A stretch of 51,607 bases of DNA, taken from positions 1-51,607 of the forward strand of contig CAJWJQ010000001.1 in assembly GCA_913041905.1 (NCBI GenBank), in the 5' to 3' direction. This document shows, piece by piece, positions 9,926 to 19,673 of this stretch. The translations under genes and the position numbers were made by a program. The notes under the pieces were generated by a model. That model was not told the origin of the DNA, made no database searches, and saw nothing but the letters and a program-made list of their open reading frames with translations. The stretch is from an uncultured Gammaproteobacteria bacterium. Its GTDB lineage: Bacteria > Pseudomonadota > Gammaproteobacteria > GCA-002705445 > GCA-002716945. The first letter of the stretch is position 1. Each line of letters starts with the position of its first letter.

Positions 9926-11109
9926 TTTTCCTCTATATAATTTTTTATATATTCCCTTGTTTCAGAATCACATCTTAATATTGATTTTATATTATTAAGT
10001 TTCTGTATGGGCATAACTTTTAATGCTTTGTCAATTATAACTGGTATATCGACAAATTTAATCTTATTTTGAAGAAAATTATCAACTGCTATTTCATTTG
10101 CCGCATTTAAAATAGTAGGTGCATTTTTCCCTATTTTAAGAGCCTTTACACATAAGTCTAAGCATTTATAGTTTCCTGGCTTTATTTTTTTAAAAGTTAA
10201 ATTATTGAGAATATTTTCTACTTTAGAGTTTATTTTCAATTCAAATCTTTTTGGCCATGATAAAGCGTAAGCTATAGGTATTCTCATATCATGATTGCTC
10301 ATATGAGATATAGTTGAACCATCAGAAAAAGTTACTAATCCGTGAACTATGCTTTGAGGGTGAAGCAACACATCTATTTGTGATGATTTTAATCTAAATA
10401 ATATTGCTGCCTCTATAATTTCTAACCCTTTATTTATCATTGAGGCAGAATCAACAGAAATTTTTTTCCCCATTTTCCAAGTTGGATGACGCGTAGCTTC
10501 TTTTGGAGTAACTTTGGATAATTTTCTTTTAGAAAAACCTAAGAAAGGCCCACCTGATGCAGTCAGAGTAACTTTTTTTATATTATCAGAACAAGATATT
10601 CCCAAATGATTATATTCTAGGCCTGAAGACATAAGTATTTGAAATATTGCATTATGTTCACTATCTACTGGAATGATAAGTGATTTGCTTTTTCTTGCTT
10701 CATTCATCATTAATGATCCAGACATAATTAATGATTCTTTATTAGCCAATAAAATTGTTTTGCCATTTTTAATGGCTGAGTAAGTAGGTTCTAATGCAGC
10801 AGCTCCAACTATTGCTGATAACACGCAATTAACTTTAATATGTTTTGCAACAAAACAATAATTTTTCTTTCCTGAAAGGATTTTAGTTTTTATATTATTT
10901 TTTTTACATTTAATTATAAGATTTTCTGCATCTTTTGAGTTTAAGACAACTGCATATTTAGGTTTGAATTTATTTATTTGTGAATATAATAATTTTATAT
11001 TAGATTTAGCAGTTAGAGCAAATATATTAACTCTTTTATCAATGTTGTTTATAGTTGATAGAGCATTCTTCCCGATAGTTCCTGTTGATCCTAATATAGT
11101 GAGATTCAT
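9916..11109 (-). CDS. dxr: 1-deoxy-D-xylulose-5-phosphate reductoisomerase
   Basis: ILGSTGTIGKNAL N-terminus plus LANKESL and DSEHNAIFQ motifs. 397 aa. Confidence 0.95.
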   Translation of the reverse strand: MNLTILGSTGTIGKNALSTINNIDKRVNIFALTAKSNIKLLYSQINKFKPKYAVVLNSKDAENLIIKCKKNNIKTKILSGKKNYCFVAKHIKVNCVLSAIVGAAALEPTYSAIKNGKTILLANKESLIMSGSLMMNEARKSKSLIIPVDSEHNAIFQILMSSGLEYNHLGISCSDNIKKVTLTASGGPFLGFSKRKLSKVTPKEATRHPTWKMGKKISVDSASMINKGLEIIEAAILFRLKSSQIDVLLHPQSIVHGLVTFSDGSTISHMSNHDMRIPIAYALSWPKRFELKINSKVENILNNLTFKKIKPGNYKCLDLCVKALKIGKNAPTILNAANEIAVDNFLQNKIKFVDIPVIIDKALKVMPIQKLNNIKSILRCDSETREYIKNYIEEKWK

Positions 11110-11112
11110 TTA

Positions 11113-11967
11113 TTATATAAAAATCCAAAATTGTATTATTGCAATAACTGGCAGATAACTATCTAACCGATCCAAAATACCTCCATGTCCAGGCAACAGA
11201 TTACCAGTATCTTTTACATTGAAACATCTTTTAAAGGTACTAACTAATAAGTCACCTATAGTGCAATATATGCAACATAATAACATAAATAATATGTCTG
11301 TTATTAATAAAGGATAAGACTTAAACAAAATAAAATAACAATAAAATATTAGTGTTGGAAAAATTAAAGATGCAATAAACCCTTCGTATGTTTTGTTTGG
11401 GCTAATGCTTTTACAAAGTTTTCTCTTTCCTAATAATTTACCAACCACATACCCTGAAATATCACTCAACGAAACTAAAATTATTATAAATAAATAATAA
11501 TTACTTAATGGAAATAACTCTGAAGATGAAAAAATAAGGTATGAATCATCTTGTTGTATTGTCATCGAAGTACTACCAATAGAAACAGTCATATACCATG
11601 AAATTATAATTAATAGGAATCCAGATATTGCTGGATTATTGGTTAGAATATTTTTTAGATAGTTGAAATTAAATAATAAAGTTAAGATAATAACTAACCA
11701 TAAAGATAATGAGAAGTATGTTAGATTTCTAATTAAAAAAGTAGAAGAAAATTCAAGTAACATATACATCATTATCAGCATTAAAAATAATGCAGAATAT
11801 ATTTTTTTTATATTTTTACATGATATGTTTAACCACTCATAATAACTATATATAAAAATTAAGGTAAATAATGTACCAATTAAGAAAGGGTGTGAAAATA
11901 ATAAAGTTACTAACAATAAGACAGCTAAGATTATACCCGTAAGTATGCGATTAAGCATTATTTTCAA
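11113..11967 (-). CDS. cdsA: Phosphatidate cytidylyltransferase
   Basis: Polytopic membrane protein with the signature SxFKRxxxVKDxGxLLPGHGGILDRLDS. Confidence 0.92.
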   Translation of the reverse strand: MKIMLNRILTGIILAVLLLVTLLFSHPFLIGTLFTLIFIYSYYEWLNISCKNIKKIYSALFLMLIMMYMLLEFSSTFLIRNLTYFSLSLWLVIILTLLFNFNYLKNILTNNPAISGFLLIIISWYMTVSIGSTSMTIQQDDSYLIFSSSELFPLSNYYLFIIILVSLSDISGYVVGKLLGKRKLCKSISPNKTYEGFIASLIFPTLIFYCYFILFKSYPLLITDILFMLLCCIYCTIGDLLVSTFKRCFNVKDTGNLLPGHGGILDRLDSYLPVIAIIQFWIFI

Positions 11968-12682
11968 AGTTATCCCTAATGTTAACTAAACCTCCAAATT
12001 TTCTCTGTGTTTTTTGAAAAAACTTTATTGCTTTATCAAACTCTTTCTCATCAAAATCTGGCCACAAACAATCTGTGAAATATAGTTCTGTATATGCATG
12101 CTGCCATAACATAAAATTACTTAGCCTGTGTTCTCCACCAGTTCTTATTAAAAGATCAGGGTAATTGTCCTTCAGGGATAAATATTTCTCTATATCATTA
12201 ATATTAATTTCCATATTTTTTTCACTGTCATCAATTGATGAAATATATTTATTAAATGCATTTATAATATCCCATTTTCCGCCATAATTAATCGCAAAGT
12301 TAAGTAATAATCCTGTATTATCTTTTGTTAATAATTCTAATTCTGAAATTTTATCAATTAATTGTTTATCAAATTTACTTAGATTGCCTATGAATTTAAC
12401 TTTGACATTATTAGAGTTCAACTCTTTGCTATTGGTTGTTATAGAATCTTCAAATAAAGTCATTAATAATTTAATTTCATAATTAGGTCTATTCCAGTTC
12501 TCACTACTGAATGCAAAAAGAGTTAATGTAGAAATTTGCCTAACTGTGCAAGCCTCTACTATTTTTTTTATTGATTTAATTCCTTCTTTATGGCCAAATG
12601 CTCTTGGTAAATTTCTATCATTCGCCCATCTTCCATTGCCATCCATAATAATGGAGATATGTCGTATTTTTTTTGCGTCCAT
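11951..12682 (-). CDS. uppS: Di-trans,poly-cis-undecaprenyl-diphosphate synthase
   Basis: HISIIMDGNGRWA and RTGGEHRLSNFMLWQ motifs. 243 aa. Confidence 0.95.
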   Translation of the reverse strand: MDAKKIRHISIIMDGNGRWANDRNLPRAFGHKEGIKSIKKIVEACTVRQISTLTLFAFSSENWNRPNYEIKLLMTLFEDSITTNSKELNSNNVKVKFIGNLSKFDKQLIDKISELELLTKDNTGLLLNFAINYGGKWDIINAFNKYISSIDDSEKNMEININDIEKYLSLKDNYPDLLIRTGGEHRLSNFMLWQHAYTELYFTDCLWPDFDEKEFDKAIKFFQKTQRKFGGLVNIRDNFENNA

Positions 12683-12684
12683 TT

Positions 12685-13242
12685 TTATACTTCGCTTATC
12701 TCATTAATTTTTTTATCAATAATATCTTCTGATTGCTTTATGTATTTATCCGTAATATCTTGTATTTCAATTATATAATCTCTTTCAAAATCTTTTGAAA
12801 TTTTTTTATTTTTTTCTAAATTAGAAATATCTGCATTAATATTTCTTCTTATATTTCTTAATGAAATTTTCGCTTGCTCTCCTTCTTTCTTCAAAATCTT
12901 TGTTAATTCTAATCTTCTTTCTTGGGTCAATGGTGGAATTTTAATATGTATAACGGTTCCATTTACCACGGGTGACAACCCTAAATTAGAATTTAATATT
13001 GCTTTTTCAATTGCTCCAACCGCAGTTTTATCCCACACGTTTAAACTTATTGTTGATGCGTCTGTTACGGAAATATTTGAAAGTTGTTTAAGCGGGGTTT
13101 TTACTTCAAAATAATCAGCTTCTATCTGATCAAGCATACTAGGGTTTGGTCTTCCTGCTCTAATTTTTGTGATTGACTGATGCAGAGACTCAATAGCCTT
13201 ACCCATTGATTTTTCTGCTGAATTTTTTATTTCTTCAATCAT
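12685..13242 (-). CDS. frr: Ribosome recycling factor
   Basis: 185 aa. Family-typical sequence (KIRAGRPNPSMLD..., PPLTQERR, RNIRR). Confidence 0.95.
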   Translation of the reverse strand: MIEEIKNSAEKSMGKAIESLHQSITKIRAGRPNPSMLDQIEADYFEVKTPLKQLSNISVTDASTISLNVWDKTAVGAIEKAILNSNLGLSPVVNGTVIHIKIPPLTQERRLELTKILKKEGEQAKISLRNIRRNINADISNLEKNKKISKDFERDYIIEIQDITDKYIKQSEDIIDKKINEISEV

Positions 13243-13321
13243 GTATATATATTATCACTAGCTTGACTATTTTTTAAGTATATTAAGAATCTGACTATAT
13301 AATGCAATAAACATTTAACAT

Positions 13322-14188
13322 TTACTTTATTTGGTTATAAACTTCTTGAGCAAAATCCTCTTCTTTTTTATCAATTCCCTCTCCTAGTTGATATCTAATA
13401 TAGGATTTAATTTTATTATCTTTGAGAATTTTTTTCAATGTAGTGGTGTTATCCTTAATATATGGTTGATTTATTAGCGTGTTGTCAGAAATAAATTTTT
13501 TAACCTTTCCTTCTAATATGTTTCTCTTTATATCTTCTTTTTTATTAATTTTATCTAGTTCTGCTTTATAAACTTCTTTTTCATTTAACAATATAGATGA
13601 ATCAATAGATTGCTCGTCTAGGGCTACTGGGTTAGATGCTACAATCTGCATACATATATCTTTTGCAATCTCATTGTTTTCCTTTTCTAATATTACCACT
13701 GCTCCTATTTTATTATTATGCGTATAGCCTGTTATAAATAATTCATTGTGGTTAAATATTTGATAGCGCCTTATTTTTATATTCTCCCCTAATTTTGTTA
13801 TTATTTTTTTTCTTTCACTTTCTAAATTATCTAAAACCTGTTGGTCATTTGACTCATGTAATATTGTAAGGTTTTCATATTTAGTAGTTGCTAAAAATTT
13901 ACATACATTTGTAACATAGTCTAAAAAATCATCGCTTCTCGCAACAAAATCAGTTTCAGAATTAATTTCAATTAATAATGACTTTTCTGTACTTGGATAG
14001 AAATAAATAACGCCTTCAGCTGCAATTCTTCCAGATTTTTTATCTGCTTTAATGCCCTCTTCTGACCTCATTAATTTAATAGCTTCATTAATATCACTGT
14101 TAGCTTTAAGTAAATATTTTTTACAATCTAATATTCCTGCGCCTGTAATGTCTCTAAGCTGTTTAAGAAGATCGAGTTCTTTTGACAT
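13322..14188 (-). CDS. tsf: Translation elongation factor Ts
   Basis: LRDITGAGILDCKK UBA-like N-terminus. 288 aa. Its start codon abuts the rpsB stop with no spacer. Confidence 0.95.
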   Translation of the reverse strand: MSKELDLLKQLRDITGAGILDCKKYLLKANSDINEAIKLMRSEEGIKADKKSGRIAAEGVIYFYPSTEKSLLIEINSETDFVARSDDFLDYVTNVCKFLATTKYENLTILHESNDQQVLDNLESERKKIITKLGENIKIRRYQIFNHNELFITGYTHNNKIGAVVILEKENNEIAKDICMQIVASNPVALDEQSIDSSILLNEKEVYKAELDKINKKEDIKRNILEGKVKKFISDNTLINQPYIKDNTTTLKKILKDNKIKSYIRYQLGEGIDKKEEDFAQEVYNQIK

Positions 14189-15016
14189 TTATTTCTCTTT
14201 ATTATCTCTTCTTTTTTTTAAATTAACTGTATCTTGTTTTTGCTCTACATCTATTATATGTTTCTTTTTTAGACTTTTAGATTTAGGTGTGTTCTCTGAT
14301 TTATTAATGGTGTTTTTTGCTGGGCTTAAAGATTTTGATTTCGTATTAATTATAGTTTTAGATATCTCTTTTACAAATAAACTTATAGATGACATTGAAT
14401 CATCATTTCCAGGGATCATATAATCAACACCATCAAAAGAATTATTGCTATCCACAATAGCTATAACGGGTATGTTTAGTTTGTTGGCTTCTTTTATTGC
14501 AATTTTTTCATATCTCGTATCTATGACAAATAGAGCGTCAGGTAACTTCTCAAGGTCTTTAATTCCTATTAGATTTTTTTCTAGTTTATAGATTTGCTTT
14601 TTAATAGATAGAGTTTCTTTTTTTGTCATTGCGTCAGAAGTTTGTGTTGACGAAATATGGGATTGTAATTTTTCAAGTTTTTTTATAGATTCTCTCACGG
14701 TATCAAAATTTGTAAGCATACCTCCTAACCAACGGTTATTAACATATGGCATTTTAGATTCGGTGGCATACTTCTCTATTAAATCCCGGGCAGCCCTTTT
14801 TGTTCCAACAAACAGTATTTTGGAATTATTTTTAATAAGTTTTTCAATAAAATTTATTGCTGAACTAAATTGCTCTATACTTTTTTCTAGATTTATTATA
14901 TGAAGTTTTTTATAAGTTGTATAAATATATGGGCCCATCTTGGGGTTCCAATATTTAGATTGATGACCAAAATGAACTCCTGCGTTTATCATCTCTTTTA
15001 CGGATAAAATAGACAC
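14189..15016 (-). CDS. rpsB: 30S ribosomal protein S2, with a long Lys-rich C-terminal tail
   Basis: GTG start. MSILSVKEMINAGVHFGHQSKYWNPKM aligns with the E. coli S2 N-terminus. 275 aa versus 241 in E. coli. Confidence 0.95.
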   Translation of the reverse strand: MSILSVKEMINAGVHFGHQSKYWNPKMGPYIYTTYKKLHIINLEKSIEQFSSAINFIEKLIKNNSKILFVGTKRAARDLIEKYATESKMPYVNNRWLGGMLTNFDTVRESIKKLEKLQSHISSTQTSDAMTKKETLSIKKQIYKLEKNLIGIKDLEKLPDALFVIDTRYEKIAIKEANKLNIPVIAIVDSNNSFDGVDYMIPGNDDSMSSISLFVKEISKTIINTKSKSLSPAKNTINKSENTPKSKSLKKKHIIDVEQKQDTVNLKKRRDNKEK

Positions 15017-15086
15017 TTATATAACGTTACTCCAGCTTTAATTAAATTTAATATATCAACAATTATATTTATTGATATGGCTTTTT

Positions 15087-15114
15087 ATCATATTTACATG
15101 GATTCAACAATCAA
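15087..15114 (-). promoter_or_regulatory. Candidate sigma70 promoter for rpsB-tsf (TTGATT-N16-TATGAT)
   Basis: On the minus strand, TTGATT (15114-15109), a 16-nt spacer, then TATGAT (15092-15087), about 70 nt upstream of the rpsB GTG. Hexamer matching only, in AT-rich DNA. Confidence 0.3.
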
Positions 15115-15158
15115 AATCTGATAATTTGTGCTAAAAATATGACTTTTCTATCAAAATT

Positions 15159-15923
15159 ATGAATAATATTAAATCACAGTCAGATATTAAAAAAATGAGA
15201 GTAGCTGGAAAGCTCGCATCAGAGGTTATTGATATGATAGGCTCTTATGTTAAAAGTGGCATTTCTACAGAAGAGCTTAATGAAATATGCCACAATTATA
15301 TAGTCGAAGTACAGAAAGCTGTTCCCGCTCCTCTTAATTACAAAGGTTTTCCTAGATCAATTTGTACTTCTGTAAATCATCAGGTCTGTCATGGAATACC
15401 ATCAAAAGATAAAATACTAAAAAATGGGGATATAATAAATATTGATATAACAGTTATTAAAGATGGTTTTCACGGTGATACCAGTAAAATGTTTTTAATT
15501 GGGAAACCTTCTATATTAGCTAATAGATTATGTAGGGTTGCTAAAGAGTGTATGTATAAAGCAATAGAAATTGTTGAACCAGGTTTACATATAGGTGATA
15601 TTGGTGCTGTAATACAGGAACATGCACATAAAAATAACTTCTCTGTTGTTAGGGAATATTGTGGACATGGTATTGGAAAGAATTTTCATGAATCACCACA
15701 AATTCTTCATTATGGGGTTAGAAATACTGGGATAAAATTAGAGGAAGGAATGACATTTACAATTGAACCAATGATTAATGCTGGGGGAAAAAGTATAAAG
15801 GTTTTAAATGATGGGTGGACTGTTGTTACTCAAGATAAATCACTGTCTGCTCAATGGGAGCACACAATATTGGTGACTGATAATGGGTATGAAATACTTA
15901 CAAGAAGAACAGAAGAAGGTTAA
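15159..15923 (+). CDS. map: Type I methionine aminopeptidase
   Basis: 254 aa. Metal-ligand context (DIINIDIT, HGDTS, YCGHGIG, FTIEP, EHT). Divergent from rpsB, as in E. coli. Confidence 0.95.
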   Translation: MNNIKSQSDIKKMRVAGKLASEVIDMIGSYVKSGISTEELNEICHNYIVEVQKAVPAPLNYKGFPRSICTSVNHQVCHGIPSKDKILKNGDIINIDITVIKDGFHGDTSKMFLIGKPSILANRLCRVAKECMYKAIEIVEPGLHIGDIGAVIQEHAHKNNFSVVREYCGHGIGKNFHESPQILHYGVRNTGIKLEEGMTFTIEPMINAGGKSIKVLNDGWTVVTQDKSLSAQWEHTILVTDNGYEILTRRTEEG

Positions 15924-15928
15924 TAAAA

Positions 15929-17071
15929 ATGAATGATATAAATAATAATACTATAGAGTTATTAGAAAAACTGATTATTTGTAAATCCGTAACCCCCAAT
16001 GATAATGGTTGTCAGGAAATTATAGGTAATTTTTTAAAAAATATTGGCTTTTCAGTTAAAGAAAAAAAATATGGAGAGGTTAATAATCTAATTGCAAGAT
16101 ATGGCTCAGAGGGGCCTGTCTTTGCATTTGTTGGCCATACTGACGTTGTTCCTGTAGGAAATATAAATGATTGGAAATCTGACCCCTTTGTCTTAACGGA
16201 TATAAACGAAAAACTATGTGGTAGAGGGACCTCAGATATGAAAGGAAGTATTGCGTGTATGATGACTGCTGTAAATAATTTTGTAAATAAAAATAAAAAT
16301 TTTAAAGGTAGCATAATGTTTATTCTTACAAGTGATGAGGAAGGCCCTGCTCAAAATGGGATAAAGAGGTTGGTTAATGAAAATGATTTGGCTAATCATT
16401 ACATAGATATGTGTTTAGTTGGTGAGCCTTCATGCACAAAAAATATTGGCGATACTATAAAAAATGGTAGAAGAGGATCATTGTCTGGTGAACTTTTAAT
16501 TAAAGGAATTCAAGGTCATGTCGCCTATCCTCATAATGCACAAAACCCAATCCATACCTTTGCTCCTGTATTACAAAAATTAATTAGTGAAGAGTATGAT
16601 AAAGGTAATGATTTTTTTCCGCCAACTTCTTTTCAAATTTCAAATTTAAATAGCGGAGTTGGTTCAACAAATGTAATTCCAGGAACCTTATCAATGAGTT
16701 TTAATTTTAGATATTCTACAGAAACAAATATTGATGAGATTAAGTCTCATGTTATTGATATACTAAATGAGTCTAAATTAAAATATGAAATTGAATGGGA
16801 TCATTCAGGCGAGCCATATTTAACAGAAAAATCACATCTATTAGAATGTTGTGAAGATGCAATTGAAAACGTAACGTCTATTAAGCCCAAAATATCTACA
16901 GATGGAGGAACATCAGACGGTAGGTTTATGGCTAAAATTTGCAATCAAGTAATTGAGTTTGGTCTTATAAATGAATCAATACATAAAGTTAATGAATATA
17001 CGACGAAAAAAGATATTATAAATTTATCTAGAATTTATAATGAAATGTTAAATAAAATGTTTCTTAATTAA
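15929..17071 (+). CDS. dapE: Succinyl-diaminopimelate desuccinylase
   Basis: M20 peptidase with GHTDVVP, RGTSDMKG and SDEEG motifs. 380 aa. Confidence 0.88.
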   Translation: MNDINNNTIELLEKLIICKSVTPNDNGCQEIIGNFLKNIGFSVKEKKYGEVNNLIARYGSEGPVFAFVGHTDVVPVGNINDWKSDPFVLTDINEKLCGRGTSDMKGSIACMMTAVNNFVNKNKNFKGSIMFILTSDEEGPAQNGIKRLVNENDLANHYIDMCLVGEPSCTKNIGDTIKNGRRGSLSGELLIKGIQGHVAYPHNAQNPIHTFAPVLQKLISEEYDKGNDFFPPTSFQISNLNSGVGSTNVIPGTLSMSFNFRYSTETNIDEIKSHVIDILNESKLKYEIEWDHSGEPYLTEKSHLLECCEDAIENVTSIKPKISTDGGTSDGRFMAKICNQVIEFGLINESIHKVNEYTTKKDIINLSRIYNEMLNKMFLN

Positions 17072-18654
17072 TTTAAAAAAGAAGATTTTATTAAACTTTT
17101 AGTATAGTCTGTTTTAGGGTTATCAAGTATATTATGAGTATCATTAGATTCTATAATTTTAGAGTCTTTGAGAATATATATTCTATGCGAAATAGATTTA
17201 ATTACTTTTAAATCATGACTAATAAAGATATAGCTTAAAGAATATTTTTTTTGTAAAGATATAATTAATTCTAGTATGCTTTTCTGAACTATTACATCTA
17301 GGGCGCTAGTTGGTTCATCCATGATAATTAATTTTGGCTTCAATGAAATTGCTCTTGCAATTGCAATTCTTTGTCTCTGTCCTCCTGAAAATTGATGAGG
17401 ATACCGATTTAGCATAGATTCATTAAGACCAACTTCATTTAAAAGCTTGCTACAAATAGATATCATTTGTTTATAACTTAACTTCTTATATACCATTAAA
17501 CCCTCAGAAAGTATTTCAAATATGGTTAACCTTGGTGATAAAGATGAAAATGGGTCTTGAAAAACTATTTGGAAATTATTTCTATATTTTCTAAGTTCAT
17601 TGTTATCCATTTTAGATAGGTTATGTCCGTCAAATTGTATTGTTCCCTCATAATTTAGTAATTGTAAAATAGACATAGCAAGTGTTGTTTTACCTGATCC
17701 GGACTCACCAACAATTCCTATTGTTTCACCGACATTTAACTCAATATTTATATCAGTCAATGCTTGGAAATATTTTCTATTCTTTTTAAGGAATGCATTA
17801 TTAGTGATGAAACTACAATTTAAGTTTGTTGTCTTGAGAAGTATTTTATTTGAAGGCTTAAAATCAATCATATTATGAGGGTTACTTTTTATTAGTTCTT
17901 TTGTATATTTGTTTATAGGGTTTTTAAATATTTTCTTAGTCTCACCATCCTCAAGAATATTTCCGTCCTTCATAATAATAACTCTGTCAGAATAATTTTT
18001 GATTAAATCTAGATCGTGAGATATTAATATAAGAGACATAGAAATTTTTTCTTTAAATTTTTTAAGCAAGTCTAATATTTGTAATTGTAAAGTTACATCT
18101 AATGCAGTTGTTGGCTCATCTGCAACAAGAATTTCAGGACTGCAAACTAAAGCAATAGCAATCATAACTCTTTGTCTCTGCCCTCCAGATAGCATATGAG
18201 GGTAACTTGAAAGTATTTTATTTGTTTCTTCTAATCCAGTTTTACTTATCATTTCAGAAGCAATTTTTTTAATATTATCTTCATCCTTGGTTATGTGTAA
18301 TTTTATTACTTCCGTTAATTGTGTATTAATCGTTTGAACTGGATTTAAAGATAACATGGGTTCTTGAAAAATCATTGATATCTTATTACCTCTAATTTTT
18401 CTAAGAGACTCATTAGATTGTAATAATAGATTATTATTATTAAACAATATTTCTCCGTTATTAATATGAAAAATTGATTCATCTAAAAGACTTGCTATAG
18501 ATAGGCCAGTTAGAGTTTTTCCGGATCCTGATTCTCCAACAATCCCAAGAGTTTCTCCTTGATTTAAATAAAAATTAATATTTTTCAAAATACTCTTAGT
18601 ATTATTAAGATGTGTATACTGTAGGCTCAAATTATTAACTTCTAAAATTTTCAT
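17068..18654 (-). CDS. yejF: Peptide ABC transporter, fused double ATP-binding protein (YejF-type)
   Basis: Two Walker A motifs (GESGSGKT twice) and two LSGGQRQR signatures. 528 aa, about the size of E. coli YejF. Confidence 0.75.
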   Translation of the reverse strand: MKILEVNNLSLQYTHLNNTKSILKNINFYLNQGETLGIVGESGSGKTLTGLSIASLLDESIFHINNGEILFNNNNLLLQSNESLRKIRGNKISMIFQEPMLSLNPVQTINTQLTEVIKLHITKDEDNIKKIASEMISKTGLEETNKILSSYPHMLSGGQRQRVMIAIALVCSPEILVADEPTTALDVTLQLQILDLLKKFKEKISMSLILISHDLDLIKNYSDRVIIMKDGNILEDGETKKIFKNPINKYTKELIKSNPHNMIDFKPSNKILLKTTNLNCSFITNNAFLKKNRKYFQALTDINIELNVGETIGIVGESGSGKTTLAMSILQLLNYEGTIQFDGHNLSKMDNNELRKYRNNFQIVFQDPFSSLSPRLTIFEILSEGLMVYKKLSYKQMISICSKLLNEVGLNESMLNRYPHQFSGGQRQRIAIARAISLKPKLIIMDEPTSALDVIVQKSILELIISLQKKYSLSYIFISHDLKVIKSISHRIYILKDSKIIESNDTHNILDNPKTDYTKSLIKSSFLN

Positions 18655-19673
18655 GATGACCTCGTATCTAATGATTCCCTAATTCCTTCGCCAATAAATA
18701 TAAGCAAAAGTAAAGTACCTACTAAGACAATAAATGTGGATAGTGAAAGCCACCATGCTTCTATATTTTCTTTTCCTTGAGCTAGGAGTTCTCCTAAGCT
18801 TGGAGTATCCGGGGGAACGCCTAAACCAAGAAAATCTAAACTTGTTAAAATTAATATTGCTCCACTAATTCTAAAGGGTAAAAAGGTAATTACAGAAACC
18901 ATGCTATTCGGCAATATGTGTCTAGTAATTATTTGATAGTTAGACAAGCCCATTGTTCTTGCAGCAATAACATACTCCATGTTTCTTCCTTTTAAAAATT
19001 CAGCTCTTACATAATCCGATAAGCTCATCCATCCAAAAAGTGAAAGCAATATTATTAATAAAAGAATGCTTGGCTCAAATAAAGATGAAAATATTATAAG
19101 TAGATATAATTCAGGCATAGAGCTCCAAATTTCTATAAATCTTTGTATATATAAATCTACTTTACCGGCAAAATAACCCTGAATTGCTCCAAAAAATATA
19201 CCTATAATTATCCCAATAGCTGTCAGTGAAAATGCAAATAATACTGATAGCCTAAAACCATATATCAATCTTGCCAATACATCTCTACCCCTATCATCTG
19301 TTCCAAGGTAATTGTGAATAGATGGTCGGGCTGGATTTGGTGTTGAGTTATTTAAATTAATACTATTATATGAGTGTGGGTTAAATGGAAATACTGCCCA
19401 ATTTTTATCTTTAGAAATTTTGCTTGTCATAAAGTTATCTTTGTAATTTGCTTCAGTTTCAAAATATCCTCCGAAAGTCTTATCTGAATACTTAAATAAG
19501 ATTGGATAATATAATTGGTTATCTATATTCATCACAATAGGCTTGTCGTTGCTTATAACTTCAGCAAATAAAGAAAATAAAAAAATAAAAGAAAATATAT
19601 ATAAACTAAATTTGTTTCTATTGCTAGATTTAAATTTATTCCAAACATTAATATTTCTATCTATTACTTTCAT
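18651..19673 (-). CDS. yejE: Peptide ABC transporter permease (YejE-type)
   Basis: 340 aa polytopic protein of the DppC/OppC-like family. GTDDRGRDVLARL motif. 4-nt overlaps with both neighbours. Confidence 0.7.
   Translation of the reverse strand: MKVIDRNINVWNKFKSSNRNKFSLYIFSFIFLFSLFAEVISNDKPIVMNIDNQLYYPILFKYSDKTFGGYFETEANYKDNFMTSKISKDKNWAVFPFNPHSYNSINLNNSTPNPARPSIHNYLGTDDRGRDVLARLIYGFRLSVLFAFSLTAIGIIIGIFFGAIQGYFAGKVDLYIQRFIEIWSSMPELYLLIIFSSLFEPSILLLIILLSLFGWMSLSDYVRAEFLKGRNMEYVIAARTMGLSNYQIITRHILPNSMVSVITFLPFRISGAILILTSLDFLGLGVPPDTPSLGELLAQGKENIEAWWLSLSTFIVLVGTLLLLIFIGEGIRESLDTRSS

Noticed and set aside
13243-13321. Degraded pyrH pseudogene between tsf and frr
   Set aside because: 79 bp is far too short to hold recognisable remnants of a ~240-codon gene, and no in-frame UMP-kinase-like peptide is visible.
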